Numbered from the stretch's first letter, positions 1 through 12,378 are shown. The stretch is DNA of 56,885 nucleotides from Catajapyx aquilonaris (GCA_000934665.2 JYFJ02002446.1:1-56885), one strand, 5' to 3'. Numbers and translations are program-made. The notes: generated from the sequence alone by a model not told the origin.

Positions 1-367
1 ACCAATTACGCTAATTGGCCACCTCACGTGACTTCGTATCTTATGGTAATTCCGGGATTTTGTGGGATTTGAAAGTAGACTTCCAGACAAAGTAAATACA
101 ATTAAATAATACAGTGCTTGCAAAATATTACTCCGTGTTGAAAACAAAATTTCCCATCATACATCTGTATGTACATTTCTAAAGTTATTCAGAGCAAACA
201 TATGGAACGAGGTGGGGGTGTGAAGTGGGGTTGGGGGGTCAAGGGGTCAAACATGCAGGGTCCTCCTTTTACACATCCAATCAGAATATCCGTGTCCACT
301 GTATGATATAAGACAAGCAGGTAATCTATCACAGATATGTACCCCTATCTTTACCAGCACCCCAACA

Positions 368-397
368 TACCCGGGCAACGCCGGGTAACCTGCTAGT
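368..397 (+). mobile_element. Helitron 3' terminus
   Basis: Hairpin TACCCGG-GCAACG-CCGGGTA followed by CTAG|T (393-397), the canonical Helitron end. Confidence 0.7.
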
Positions 398-423
398 ATT
401 ATGATAAATGAGACACCACCCAC

Positions 424-3350
424 CTTTGCTTTTCCTAGAGAGTCACATGGAGTCTCAACAGCTGCCTCTCTAGGCTTCCTGTAACTCCTCAGAAATCTCT
501 TCACCCTGATCTGCTCCTCTACGTCAACCTCTTGTTTGACAACTGCTGGCAAGGACTGAGCTCCATTTCTCATCATGCTTTCTTCTCTTTGGTGTTCCCC
601 TCCCAACTCCAAAGGTACCTTAAAAATTCACACAGGGTTAAGTTATATGCTAACTTTCATGGTGGAATAACACACTGTCCCAAGTATGACATCAAATATA
701 TAATCCATAAAATTTACAAACATCCTAATATCTCTGGAGAAAGAATCCACGCCTCCTACTCCTATCACAAGAGGCATAAAAGTATGAAAAATTATGCCAA
801 TTGTCAGGTCTAGAAATCCGCCACACTACAGTTTATTAGTACCTTAGCAATGAGTGTGGGGTTAAAGTGGACAGGACGTTGACAACCATGTGTTGCCAGC
901 AATGGATTACCGGGAAAGAATGAAAGGTGTCTTCTTGTTTTGACCACTGTGTTTCAGTCAGTCATGTCTTCTGCAATACTGGTTTTCACTTTTAAATGCA
1001 CGCTATTATGCACTCTTTGCAATGGAAACTTGTGCAAAATGGGTGTCCTGTAAATCCCATGCTTTAATTGCTGGCATTTTTGTATATGAATTTAGCCTTT
1101 TGCTCTATGGCCCTTTAAAAAATAAAAACAGACCTACAGTGCTAGAACCTAGAGAACACTGCTACACATATGTCTTAATATTTGTAGACTCACTCGGCTG
1201 GTTCAGTGACGCTACACTCTGGCAGTGTCAGTAGCAGTCTAGCATGCAAAATTAGCTTGGGATAAGGTGCTCTGCCTACTCGCACCCACCTGAACTGGCA
1301 AGCGGGAAGGGGCCAAGTGGCAGCCCTGCGCAATGCTGCTTAGAAAATGACAGACAGGAAGACGGGAACATGGATTTAGTTAGCAGACTTACATTTAGCG
1401 GAACTAAACGTAGCAGAAGTTAATTGGCCCTCTAATGGTTTACAAAGTTAGCCAAAATGCAAATCAGCTAACCAACAAGTTAGTTTTGCTAATTAGTGAT
1501 TAGTGGATTAGCAAAACCCTGCCCACCACTGGTTTCGTGCCAAGTTCATAATAGATAGATATGGGATCACACACCATCGATTTCCCTGGAGAGTCACATG
1601 GAGTCTCAACAACTGACTCTCTAGGCTTCCTGTAACTCCTGGGAAAGTTCTTCTCCCCGATCTGCTCCTCTACGTCAACCTCTTGTTTGACAACCACTGG
1701 CAAGGACTGAGCTCCATTTCTCATCATGCTTTCTTCATTATGAGGTCCCATTTCCAACTCCAAAGGAAACTTTAAAAAATCAGAGAAGAGATGGGTTACT
1801 TTAACAATCATGATACAATAAATAACTAACCCAAGTATGAAAGTAAATACAATGGACCCTACATATACGAGCCATGGCTATACTGTATAAGCAACATCAG
1901 TAATAGACACCTCCAAAAGCAGGTCCCAGGATACATGAATAATGGGTTATGTATTTGGATGTAAGAAACCATGGTTAGAGGATATTGCTTTCTGTGGTCT
2001 CTTGAAGTCTCCTATGTACAGAGTCAATTGTATATGAGAACAAAATTACAAACATGCGTATATCTTTGGAGAAAAAGTCCCTGTCTTTCCAGTATATTTT
2101 ACATGGCCTGGCTCATTGCAATTTAATTCATTGTGAGCAGGTAGAAAGTGGGGATTTGTCTACAGCTGGCAGGAGACTCAATCCCATCTGCATGGGTTAC
2201 CAATGAAGCTGTGAATGAAAGACTCCCATGAGGAGCTTGTACCCTTTCATCTTCCTGATGAGATGTCCTATCAAGAGCTCAAGTTTTTGACGTCACGACC
2301 CCCCCCCCCCCCNNNNNNNNGGGGGGGGGGGCGTGAGAGGCCATGGTTATTTTTATAAATTAAAAAATAACTATAATTTTAAAAATTGATAAAATAAATT
2401 TTATAGGAAATTTCATCACGCCGGTTTTTTTTCAACATCTCTTAACACTCGGGGAGGGGGGAGGGGGTCGCAGGTTACTTGACTATCATTAAAGGGGTCG
2501 CGACCCGAAAAAGGTTGGGAACCCCTGAACTATATATTGTTATTATGGTCACATAATATTACCACAACTCTGTTCTACGAGAAACTCCCAAGGGTCGAGA
2601 CTTTACACGACACCTCAGGAGCAGCATGACCGTGGCATGTACTACTCAACTTGGTGGGAGTGGGCAGGAATCTTGAGGTGCTACGGTAGTTGAGTCACCA
2701 TCCAAGAAATGGCAGGAGCAGATGGAACCACAAAGTACGTCTTGTCCAGCTCTATGACACTCCTCGAATACGGTAGTGTAATAACTGTGTCACATTGTTC
2801 GCTAAGACGCCATCTTGCTCAAGGTGCAATTCCTGTGGTAGGGAGCGGGTAGTCTGCCGCGATTGGCTGGATCTTTCTTTCCTTCCGCAGACTTACCTTG
2901 ACTAGAAAACCCCTCACTTTGCTCGCATTCTTCTACGTATGGCGCAGGCCTGGAAATCCTCTCTTTCTAGGCCTACACCACAGAAAAATGAGGGTGAAGC
3001 AAGAGTTTTTCTAGTTGTACTTGTACTTTAAAAGTCACAGTAATTTGCTCCTTCACCTGTCCTTCACTCCTTCCTGCCTCCTCTTCCTCCTCCTCCTGAG
3101 GCTCCTCCTTGATTCGAACTACAGCGTCCTTCACCTGTCCTCCACTCCCTCCTGCCTCCCCCTTGTTGAATCGCATGGTGACCCCCACCTGACCCCGACC
3201 AGTGAGCAGTCCTTCCTCCCCGTCCTGCAACTCCCTCTTGACCTCATCCCACTTGGAGTGTGTGAAGCTGTGCCCCAGGAGGAGGCATCTCCTGTCGAAC
3301 ACCTGGTCGCAGTACAGGCAGGGGAACCTCCCGGTGGCCATCCAGTCCAT
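424..3350 (-). CDS. C2H2 zinc-finger gene, copy 1 (partial, runs off the left edge). Proposed exons 3350-3057, 1769-1575, 618-424
   Basis: [31 protein letters not shown] is one C2H2 finger. Two 195-nt paralogous exons containing VKQE are each bounded by AG/GT in phase 0. Paralogous to the 12.4-7.4 kb copy. The donor at 3057 is inferred from the paralog. Confidence 0.6.
1375..1531 (-). mobile_element. hAT-like non-autonomous element end
   Basis: Minus strand begins CAGTGGTGGGCA, followed by many GCTAA/TTAGC subterminal repeats. Confidence 0.45.
2272..2527. mobile_element. hAT (Charlie/Buster-like) MITE spanning an N gap
   Basis: Right end GGGGTCGCGACCCGAAAAAGGTTGGGAACCCCTG. Degenerate left TIR CAAGAGCTCAAGTTTTTGACGTCACGACCCC. 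Confidence 0.55.
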
Positions 3351-3574
3351 CTTGCTGTGTCGTTAGGATGAAACGAAGCTGGCTCAGTTCCTGTGGAGGC
3401 TGGTAACAAGACCACTAGATGAGCAGTTTTCAAACGCCCCCAACTGGCACCCCTCAAGTGCACACACCTTTCACCTCCTTTGGCCCAACTCCACTGGTGT
3501 CTTCCCTGGACGTAGGGAGAGACTATTCCCCGATGACCTAGGCCTTCACCACGACACAGAAACAGGCCCGACGA

Positions 3575-3624
3575 GACGCCATCTTCCTTCGCCAGAAGAG
3601 CCGAAGTTGGGTGCATTCGGGTGG
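3575..3624 (-). promoter_or_regulatory. Shared 5' module of zinc-finger gene copy 1
   Basis: GGGTGCATTCGGGTGG at 3609-3624. YY1/Pho-like AAGATGGCG with ATG at 3582 on the minus strand. Confidence 0.5.
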
Positions 3625-3886
3625 ATGGTGGTCTGCAAGACATGTGCTACCATCTCTCCTCAGGAATGGGAAACATCCCTACCTGTAATGCACGTACGGT
3701 ACCGTCATACTGCTTCATGAAGTACCGGTACTGCAGCACTACTGTACTTGCAGGAAGACCACCTGCCACCTGCGGTCCGCCTCCTACACCTCCAACCTAT
3801 CCCGTCCTTTCTTTAATTATGATTCTTAATGACACGTAAAAATTTTTTTAGCCTGTCCTTTTCAGCTTGCTTTCCATTCATTTCTT

Positions 3887-3920
3887 CCCGAGCAACGCCG
3901 CGCCGGGTATCGCAGCTAGT
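3887..3920 (+). mobile_element. Helitron 3' terminus
   Basis: CCCGAGCAACGCCGCGCCGGGTATCGCAG-CTAG|T. Confidence 0.65.
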
Positions 3921-4989
3921 ATGGAAATAAACCAATGTAATGCGAAGACGACTTTGGATGACAAATTATAGCTTTTCATAGCTGTCATAACGACTTTCAT
4001 TATGCGTCACTTATGCTATTAAAATTTGTGTTTTGTAGAGCTTTTAGTATTGACCTACATTATCAGTCTGGCTTGAACAAAGTACAGGAAGTACCCATTT
4101 TGCGCCGTTAATTGGTTCCAGCAAAACGCGGCGTAAAGTGAATTGGCGTAAAACGAGACAAAATTATAATGTAAGTAAATGAGATAGGTTACAAAATCTC
4201 CAAAGATTTTTCCACAGGTAGTGCTAATATTCATGTTCGTAATGCCGAATATTTGAAACATTTATTGCAATTGTGCACATTTAATGGGAGATTCCAGGTC
4301 TCTCTGCTCTTTACCTGAAGAACCCTTCTCACGCGCTGCGTAAAGCCACTTCGTGTGACATTGCTATAAGCAGGCTTGAGTCCTCCTCCTCCTCTTGCTG
4401 CGGCCCAAAAGATGATCCTTTTCCTTTAGCTCCGCCTGTAAGGAAGGTCCCTTGTTTTGAAAATCTACGTATGTACTGTACACTGACACTGCTACCGCAG
4501 CTATGTCGCCTGGGCACATGACAAAGACTGGTCACAAAGGCACATAAAAACACATCTCTTTCCACTATCAAAGCAAGACTTGAATGTAAATTTTGGAAAT
4601 TGGTCTGGCATAATGCTTCCATTGCTTTTCCCTCCCTTTGTAACCTCATTTTTCCAACCCCGTGAAATAATCAGAGGCTTCATAGAAGCTAACTCACACT
4701 AACTGTGGTCTGTGGGCCTCCTCCCCAAAATCTCTCTTTCCAATCTAACTGCAAGGATCTCCAGGAGGCGAGCGGCTCTACAGGAATTGGTGAAGCACAA
4801 TATTCTTTGTGAAGAACAATATTTCTCACCCTTTCAGATACACCCAGATTTATGAATCCTATGAGCTTGCCTCTATGCCCCATGCCCCCCTTGGATGCAT
4901 GTGACGGACGAACAATATTTTAAAGAGATGTTTGCAATTATGCATGCAACATTCTTCCGCCATGCTGAAAAAGAGTATGCGTGGAGAAT

Positions 4990-5245
4990 ATTTGGGGAGG
5001 TGAAAGGCGAGTGGGGGTGATCGGGGCCTGAGGAAAATGCAGGATGTAGAAAATTTCATTTGGAAATGAGTTCAAGCTATTGTCAGGACAAGGGGAACAG
5101 CTAGGGGATATTCCAGGTGCAGGTCAGATGATGGATTGGGGTCACATGCTCCCTGCCATGAAAAAAAAGTCGCCCACATATTGACAGCAGGAATCTAGGC
5201 ACAGGTGAGATGGTCTTGATGAGAACGCTCATACCACTGTGTTGC
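4990..5245 (+). repeat. Dispersed ~250-bp repeat (second copy ~8563-8820), probably transposon-derived
   Basis: Shared GCAGGATGTAGAAAATTTCATTTGGA...ATTGTCAGGACAAGGGGAACAGCTAGGGGATATTCCAGG...GGTCACATGCTCCCTGCCA. Confidence 0.7.
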
Positions 5246-5739
5246 TCTTCCGGTACTAGGTTCACTGAATCAATAAGCCCTTGCATTCCTTATATCACCT
5301 CTCACTGTATGTTACAAATTATTACTCACTTTCTTATGTCCACAGGGGAAATAACAGGTAGCATCATCCTTCCGGAAGCTCCTGTTACACTGGCCGCAAA
5401 TATCCACATGTCGTACCTAATGGTGGCACAGAAAATGTATACCTTAATTTTTTCCCCTTAACTATGTATGTTGAAATGAAGTTTCCCTCCTTTTTTTCCA
5501 AGTCATATCGGACAACAGCATCATCATCAACAACTACAACAGCAATAACAATCATCGGATAAACTATTGTTTATCCGCACCTTAACAACGCGGTTGGGGT
5601 TGGGCAACTCGACGGTTGCGTCGCAAACAATCGGGTGCCTTCATACTACTGCTGCCAGTCAAATTCGCATGCCTTCACGTTTGCTATCGTGGTTGCTCTG
5701 TCTTGGCAAACCACAGTGTCAGTAGTGTCCAAATTCAGG

Positions 5740-5867
5740 GTGGAATACCGAAGGCCAATTTCTTCCTTCACTTGGCCGAGTACCTGTGGCGGAGGGAGAT
5801 GAAAAGGACAGGAACAGATCCATTCACAGGATTTGTGTCAGTTTGCTCAAAGCTGTATCTTGTGTGA
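5740..5867 (+). mobile_element. Merlin/IS1595 (ISXO2-like) transposase C-terminal remnant
   Basis: GGIPKANFFLHLAEYLWRREMKRTGTDPFTGFVSVCSKLY matches the L.E..WR....DPF...Y C-terminal signature of this family. Confidence 0.6.
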
Positions 5868-6100
5868 AAAAAGTAAAAACTTTGTTACATATGGATTCAA
5901 TTCGGGATTTTGAGGTGATTAAGTGGATGGAATAGCCCAAAGAGCTTGGAATAGCCCTTTGTCTTGGTGTTGCTGTATGGTTTTTTGTTACCGCAACAGT
6001 AGGCTACTGTCCATTGTTGTGAACCCTGCAACTGAGTCACTTCATTATTTTGTCAGTGGAAAGACTGCAGTTAGGAAGACGATTTTGTTAAAGGTGTAAT

Positions 6101-6392
6101 ACCGAAGCAGGTTGGCATAGTGGATAAGGCGTCCGACTGCTAATCGGGAGGTCCTGGGTTCGAATCCCGGGGCCGGCAACTCTGACCGTGGTTTTCTGTG
6201 GTTTCCCACGGTCCTTCCAGGAAAATTCCGGAGTTGCTTCCGTAATTAATAGGCCACAGCCGCTTCCTTCCGTCCCTATCCTATCCCAACGAGCGCAGTA
6301 AAATGAAAAAGCAAAGAGTTCCAGACAAAACAAACTTCCCCCCTAAAGAGCCGATGGCTGATAACGGGGTATGAATTATTATTATATTATTA
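6101..6392 (+). mobile_element. Full-length tRNA-derived SINE with TSD
   Basis: A box TGGCATAGTGG, B box GGTTCGAATCC, central GTTTTCTGTGGTTTCCC segment and (TTA)n tail. 16-bp TSD TTGTT(A/G)AAGGTGTAAT at 6085-6100 and 6393-6408. Confidence 0.88.
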
Positions 6393-7231
6393 TTGTTGAA
6401 GGTGTAATTATATTAATGAGTTCTGTAATTCTCTGAACCCACCCATCAGGTATGCCTGCTTGGAAAGAAATGTGCATCAGAGTTAGGCGCAGATGTTCTG
6501 TATGGAATTGTCGTCTCCTGGTCATGCTGTGCTGTGCTCTGCAGTTTCAGATGTACACTGCTGCCCACATTGTAATTTCGTAATGTAATTTCATGAAAAT
6601 AATACTGGCTGCTGCACACCCTTATTCAGGCCACAAGAGGTATTGCTCCTGTGACATGTGCGAAGCCATCACTCCCATGAGCACAGAGAATTATTTTCGA
6701 GTCCCTCTGATTTGGCTCACTATCGTGCTCACTATACAGCGTGTTCATGAATTCATCTGCCAAAATGATACTGGTGGTAAGGAATGCATAATTATGGTAG
6801 GCAAGGCATGAGTCGGAAAGTCTGACCAAGACTTTTGACATCTCCAAGATGTAGCATCGAAGGCCTTTCGGGCCCATGCCTTACCTCTACCTTATACGCA
6901 CCCCCTACCACCCAAACCATTTTGGTAGATGAATTCATGAACATGCTGTATATGCAGGTTGTACAAACTTCTTTCACTTATCAATCACTGTGCGAAGAAC
7001 GGGTCCCCTGCCATAAATTCATAGTAAAAATTCTGGCTGCTGCACACCCTCATTTAGGCCAACAGATGACATACTCATGTGACACATGTTCGATGCCATC
7101 ACTCCCATGAACCCGCAGCATTGCACATCATGTCTGACTTAGATCAGTGAATTACGTATAAATTTTATTAACTTCTTCTATTTACTCAATAACTTAATAA
7201 ATTCCCGTGTGAAGAACGGGTACCCTGCTAA

Positions 7232-7346
7232 TCTTACAACAAGTGTAAAGGCAAGTTTGTCTGTTTGTTTGTTTGTCCATGGCAATGGGTCTCCATGGAA
7301 TCAAACCATGGAAACAGGCAGTGTGAAGAACGGGCTTAGCTGCTAG
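7232..7346 (+). mobile_element. Mini non-autonomous Helitron, abutting another Helitron-like 3' end at 7204-7231
   Basis: A|TCTTAC...GTTTGTCTGTTTGTTTGTTTG 5' end and GTGTGAAGAACGGG...GCTAG|T 3' end. Confidence 0.6.
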
Positions 7347-7430
7347 TGATCAATAAATTAGAGGCTTGATCCTTAACTTCATGATATTTCAGACCTTGGA
7401 CTCTGCAGATGGAGAACCTCGTTTACTAAC

Positions 7431-10400
7431 CTTGGCTTTAGGATTCTCCTTCCCTGAAGTTCGTGTGTCTTCAATCACAATGACCTCTTCCTCTGCAGGT
7501 GAGGTGGGTTCAATCACAGTGACCTCTTCTTCCTCTGCAGGTGAGGTGAGTTCAATCACAGTGACCTCTTCCTCTGCAGGTGAGGTGGGTTCAATCACAG
7601 TGACCTCTTCTTCCTCTGCAGGTGAGGTGGGTTGAATCACAGTGGTCTCTTCTTCTGCAGGTGAGGTGGGTTGAATCACAGTGGCCTCTTCTTCTGCAGG
7701 TGAGGTGGGTTCAATCACAGTGGCCTCTTCCTCTGCAGGTGAGGTGGGTTGAATCACAGTGGTCTCTTCTTCTGCAGGTGAGGTGGGTTCAATCCCAGTG
7801 GCCTCTTCCTCTGAAGGTGAGGTGGGTTGAATCACAGGTACCATTTCCTCTGCAGGTGAGGTGGCTTCTCTCATTGCTAGCCCTTGTGGTAACAGGATGT
7901 CTTGAAGTTCCAGCCCAATTCCACCTTGGGATTCCTCCAATGCCTTATTGTGTTTTGAACAGAGATGAAAGGATGTATAATTATACATTGATAGGTTAAA
8001 CTGCTTAATACATATTCATAGCCTAGGAAACTTTGTAATTACTGTTTTATTAAGACAAGTACACACTGCTTATCTATTCCGTACCATATTCGAAATCATG
8101 CTGAACTATTCCGGGGGTTAGGGAAGAATAAGTTACAGTATTACTAAACATGGGTGAAATAGGTGGGAAGAGGAGTGTTAATTAAAAGCATCATCAAGAA
8201 ACATGTGATGTCCTGCTATTCCCAGCACATTACTGATGTCAAAAAGCATGTCCCAGTTGTTCATATATATTTTACAAAGATTTCACCATAAAAATTAACA
8301 TATGTATCATGATGCAGTGTATGTACCTTTACCTTCCGTTGCACACCGCACACTGAATAATATTACAACCTTTGGTACTTGTACCAGATTTTGTAAGACT
8401 ACCAGAACACCCTCACTCCATACTCTCCCCACATGCTCTCCCTATACTCTTCATCTCTCAGTCATTCCCTAGCACCCACCACCTCCCCATCTCCCAAAAA
8501 TGCTCAGGTGATGAAACAATAAGTGAAAGCCATTCATTGGAATGGCTAGACAGCTTGGAACATTTGGGGAGGTGAGAGGCCAGTGGGGGGGTGATCGTGG
8601 TCTGAGGAAAAGGCAGGATGTAGAAAATTTCATTTGGACATAAGTCCAAGCCATTGTCAGGACAAGGGGAACAGCTAGGGGATATTCCAGGCACAGGTCA
8701 GATTATGGTTCAAGGTCACATGCTCCCTGCCACCAAAAAAGTTGACCACATATTGGCAGCAAAAATTTCAGGACATCTGGTGAGATGGCCATCATGAGAG
8801 CACCCAAACCACTGTTGGGCAATCCCATGTGAGACCGCCCCAAAAAAAGCAAGATTCACACCCTCCATAATGAAAGTGAAAATTGGGAGTATCAACTTAC
8901 ACCACAACAAGAAAATATGATATCTAAGTGCCTCTTGGGGCAGGGTTGGCTGGTTTAAACCACATCGGTTGAAACCATGGTTTAAATCAAGTAGTTAAAA
9001 AAACCATTATGGTTTTTAAAATGAAAAGTAATACCAATTACTGCTAAAATTTACTTATTTTTGTTACTGAAAAATTAGCCAAATTAAATTCTTCAAGAAT
9101 CTATTTAAATTAACCTAATGAGTAGGGTCAGGTGGGGTAAAATATATGGGTAGTTTTTAATAGAGAGAGTACTTCCTTTTGTTACTGACACTACAGAGAT
9201 GAAAAAAATGGTCCTAAAATAATATTTTTATCCAGTTACATGCTTTGTGAATACACTAAAAACTCTCCAATTTTATTTACATTTATTAGATTAGTAGAAA
9301 TATTTTTTCACTAACAGTAAGCTAGGTAAAGGATTCTTGAAGGGATCTTATTAGAGGGCCGTTCTAAAATGATTTACAATTTATTTTTTGTTGCCACAAA
9401 TACAGTGCCATATAGGTCGGCAGATAGTCACATATTATAGAGGGAATCCTCCTGTAGCCGAATACACAGGAGTCATGGGTGTGGCAACCTTTCCAGTCCC
9501 TCCAGGAACCATTCTTTGGAGGTTTGGCGCACCCCCTCCCAGACAACTGGTTACAGTCAACAATGTCCTCGAAACCGCATCAGCAAAGGAATTTTTTCAT
9601 GGATCTGAACATGTAAAAGTCACTGGGGGCCAAGCTGGTGTGGAAGCACCCAAACCCAGATCCATGGGAAAAAAACCTTCGCTGACGTCATTTCGAGGAC
9701 ACTGTTATCAGTTGTTTACGTTGTTGATTGTGCACAGTTGTCCGGTTATGGGTGCGTCGCACCTCCAAAAAGTGGTTCCTGGAGGGCCTGGAGAGGTTGA
9801 CACACCTGTGGTGGCAGTTGGATAATCCAAGGAGGCAAATAATCCGAGGTCAGATAATCAGGGTTCTACTGTATGATAAATAAGACACTACCCACCTCTG
9901 AAGAGTCACATGGAGTCTCAACAGCTGCCTCTCTAGGCTTCCTGTAACTCCTGAGAAATCTCTTCACCCTGATCTGCTCCACTAAGTCAGCCACTTGTTT
10001 GACAAGTGCTGACAAGGACAGACCTCCATTTCCCACCATGCTTTCTTCTCTTTGGTGTTCCCCTCCAGGCTCCAAAGGGAACTACAAAATTCAAAAAAAG
10101 GGATCAGTTAATTCAACTTCATTGGAGCAACCAATAACTGTTCCAAGTATGATAGCAAAATATATGATACAAAAATTTACCACCATGCTAATAACTCTGG
10201 ATAACCCATGCCTTTTCGTATGGTCTGGATCATTGAAATGCAATTCTAACGGCTTCACACTATATTAAACATTGCCTGTTTGTGGGTGTGTTTGTTCGCT
10301 ATAGAAATTCAAGGGAATGCCCCTACACTGCCTTAAAATTGGCCTTACGGGTCATTGTGTAGTTATTGAAAGCAATAAGCCAAAGTTTTTAATTATCTGT

Positions 10401-12378
10401 AAAGGGGTCAATCTGGTGTAAGGCGATCATTAATGGCATCAATTCCTGCCAGAGCCGGGAGAGAAATAATTCTCAGTCGGTCGATAAAATAATGCAGAAA
10501 TGGAAAGCCATTGCTTTTGTTGGAAGTGATGCTCACCTTGAAAAGGCAGCTGCATCCTGATGTTGCTAATTATGGAAGCACTCCTGGTATGCAATGTTTG
10601 CGGGTTTTTTTTGGAGCATACACGAATAGGTTGCTGGGGGGTTCCTACATGTGAACATCCAACATACAGTTGTCCATGTGAAAAGCATGCATCCTCTAAT
10701 TGTAAACCTGCAACGGCCAATGTCTGCCCTTGGGCTTTGTTTATGGACATTGCAAAACTGAGTGTAACTGGAAATTGGGAGCCTTTTAAACGGAACAGGC
10801 AAGTCTGTGTCTGATGGAATGAAAGGGATTCTTGGCAATAGAAACCTTTCCCCCTTCTCCACATCCTGTGAGAATTTTGGCCTCAATCACATGTGGCATC
10901 ATTCTCATGACTGCCAGTCTAGTCCCATTACATAGTTGACGTGGATCTAATGGTGGATGGGTGCTCCTGCTTTTAGCTCCAGTTTGTGCGGAGGAAGACC
11001 AGGAGGCTGCAGTGAGTTTAGGAATTCCGTGGGATAATGAACAGCTTGTGATTCTGGAACTTCTCACTTTTTCAGTTTCCTTGGAAATGCTTACAAACAA
11101 AAACAGTATAGTGGGGGAGGCAACCATGTAGGGGACCCTGGTATAATTAACAGTCTCCGTTCTTGTCTTCAAAATCCAAAGAGTTCTGCTATTATAATAA
11201 TACCTAGAGGAGGCACTCGGGCTGAAATGTGAGGCAGGCAACAATGCAGGCAACAATATTACCTCCAACAAGATGGCAGACGCCTGACATTATTTGAACT
11301 AATTGTCGCCCAGTTGTCATTATTGGTTGTTGTCCCAGTTGCTAGACAACTGTTAGAACAACAATGTTACCTCCAACAAGATGGCCGCTGCCTCAGCCTG
11401 TCTAATGGAAAAGGATAGGGAGTACCTCCTCTAGGTATTATATTTATATTATATAATAGCAGAACTCTTTGGGCGTAATTGGCGGATGCGTTAATTTACG
11501 GAGATGGGATGTGCATAAGGGCATTTCCATGGGATTGCCATTGATGTAGATATACAATATTGTTGCCCGAGTAGTGAGAAGATTCGGGAATATGCGTGTT
11601 GTGGGAGTTAGGTTCATTTTCGGAAGCTGAAACATGCAGCGTTAAATTCCTTGAAAAATATTTACAATTTAACTAAGGCAATACAAAACAAATGCGTAGC
11701 ACATTGCAGTATTTGATGAGGAAACATGGATTTATTGCTGGGGCGGGACAGTTGGATAATCCAAGGAGGCAAATAATCCGAAGTCGGATAATCAGGGTTC
11801 TACTGTATGATAAATAAGACGCTACCTACCTTTGAAGAGTCACATGGAGTCTCAACAGCTGCCTCTCTAGGCTTCCTGTAACTCCTGAGAAATCTCTTCA
11901 CCCTGGCCTGCTCCTCTACGTCAACCTCTTGCTTGACAAGTGCTGGCAAGGACTGACCTCCATTTCCCACCGTGCTTTCTTCTCTTTGGTGTTCCCCTCC
12001 AGGCTCCAAAGGGAACTACAAAATTCAGAGAAGGGATCAGTTAATTCAACTTCATTGGAGCAACCAATAACTGTCCCAAGTTATGATAGCAAAATATATG
12101 ATCCTGAAATTCCATTATTTATGAAGACCCCCTGGTGCACTGGCACATGCAAGAATTGTCTCCCTCACCTGCCCTCCTCCACCAGCCTCCTTGTTGAATC
12201 GAATGGTGACCTTGACCTGACCCCGACCAGTGAGCAGTCCTTCCTCCCCGTCCTGCAGCTCCCTCTTGACCAATTCCCACCTGGAGTGGGTGAAGCTGTG
12301 CCCCAGGAGTGTCACCCTCCTGTCGAACACCTGGTCGCAGTACAGGCAGGGGAACCTCCCAGTGGCCATCCAGTCCAT
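7431..12378 (-). CDS. C2H2 zinc-finger gene, copy 2. Proposed exons 12378-12169, 12015-11830, 10081-9896, and probably 7943-7431; 3' end uncertain
   Basis: [31 protein letters not shown]. Phase-0 junctions CAG|GTGAGG, TTTTGTAG|TTCCCT, AAG|GTAGGT, GAG|GTGGGT. Repeat exon bounded by TAAG| and |GTTAGT. Confidence 0.55.
7465..7870 (-). repeat. Coding minisatellite, ~10 units of 39/42 bp encoding [17 protein letters not shown] repeats
   Basis: Unit TCAATCACAGTGACCTCTTCCTCTGCAGGTGAGGTGGGT. Unit lengths are multiples of 3 and the minus frame is open. Confidence 0.9.
8941..9020 (+). mobile_element. DNA transposon (hAT-like) terminus
   Basis: CAGGGTTG start followed by GGTTTAAACC-type subterminal repeats. 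Confidence 0.4.
9352..9806 (-). mobile_element. Degenerate mariner remnant with internal inverted duplication
   Basis: Minus strand [16 protein letters not shown] and [12 protein letters not shown] match the mariner transposase C-terminus. TIR-like GAGGGCCGTTCTAAAA at ~9354. Confidence 0.7.
9816..9873 (-). mobile_element. pogo/Tigger-like TIR (second copy 11751-11807)
   Basis: TA-CAGTAGAACCCTGATTATC(T/C)GAC, duplicated together with the adjacent exon. Confidence 0.55.
10590..10950 (-). mobile_element. Helitron PIF1-type helicase C-terminal fragment (frameshifted), intronic
   Basis: [46 protein letters not shown] and [11 protein letters not shown] motifs split over three frames. Confidence 0.9.
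11176..11472. mobile_element. MITE with ~45-50 bp TIRs
   Basis: CCAAAGAGTTCTGCTATTATA...TACCTAGAGGAGG(C/T)ACTC inverted at 11176-11218 and 11420-11472. Confidence 0.75.

Noticed and set aside
4329..4649. Possible terminal exon of zinc-finger copy 2 (acceptor at 4436)
   Set aside because: Two frames are possible and there is no homology support, so it cannot be assigned.
6107..6178. tRNA-Ser(GCT)-like cloverleaf
   Set aside because: Mismatched acceptor stem and no long variable arm. It continues into a SINE body with a TTA tail and TSD, so it is a SINE head.
7465..7870. CRISPR-like periodic array
   Set aside because: Units are contiguous with no unique spacers, are multiples of 3 nt, and there are no cas genes; this is a eukaryotic coding minisatellite.
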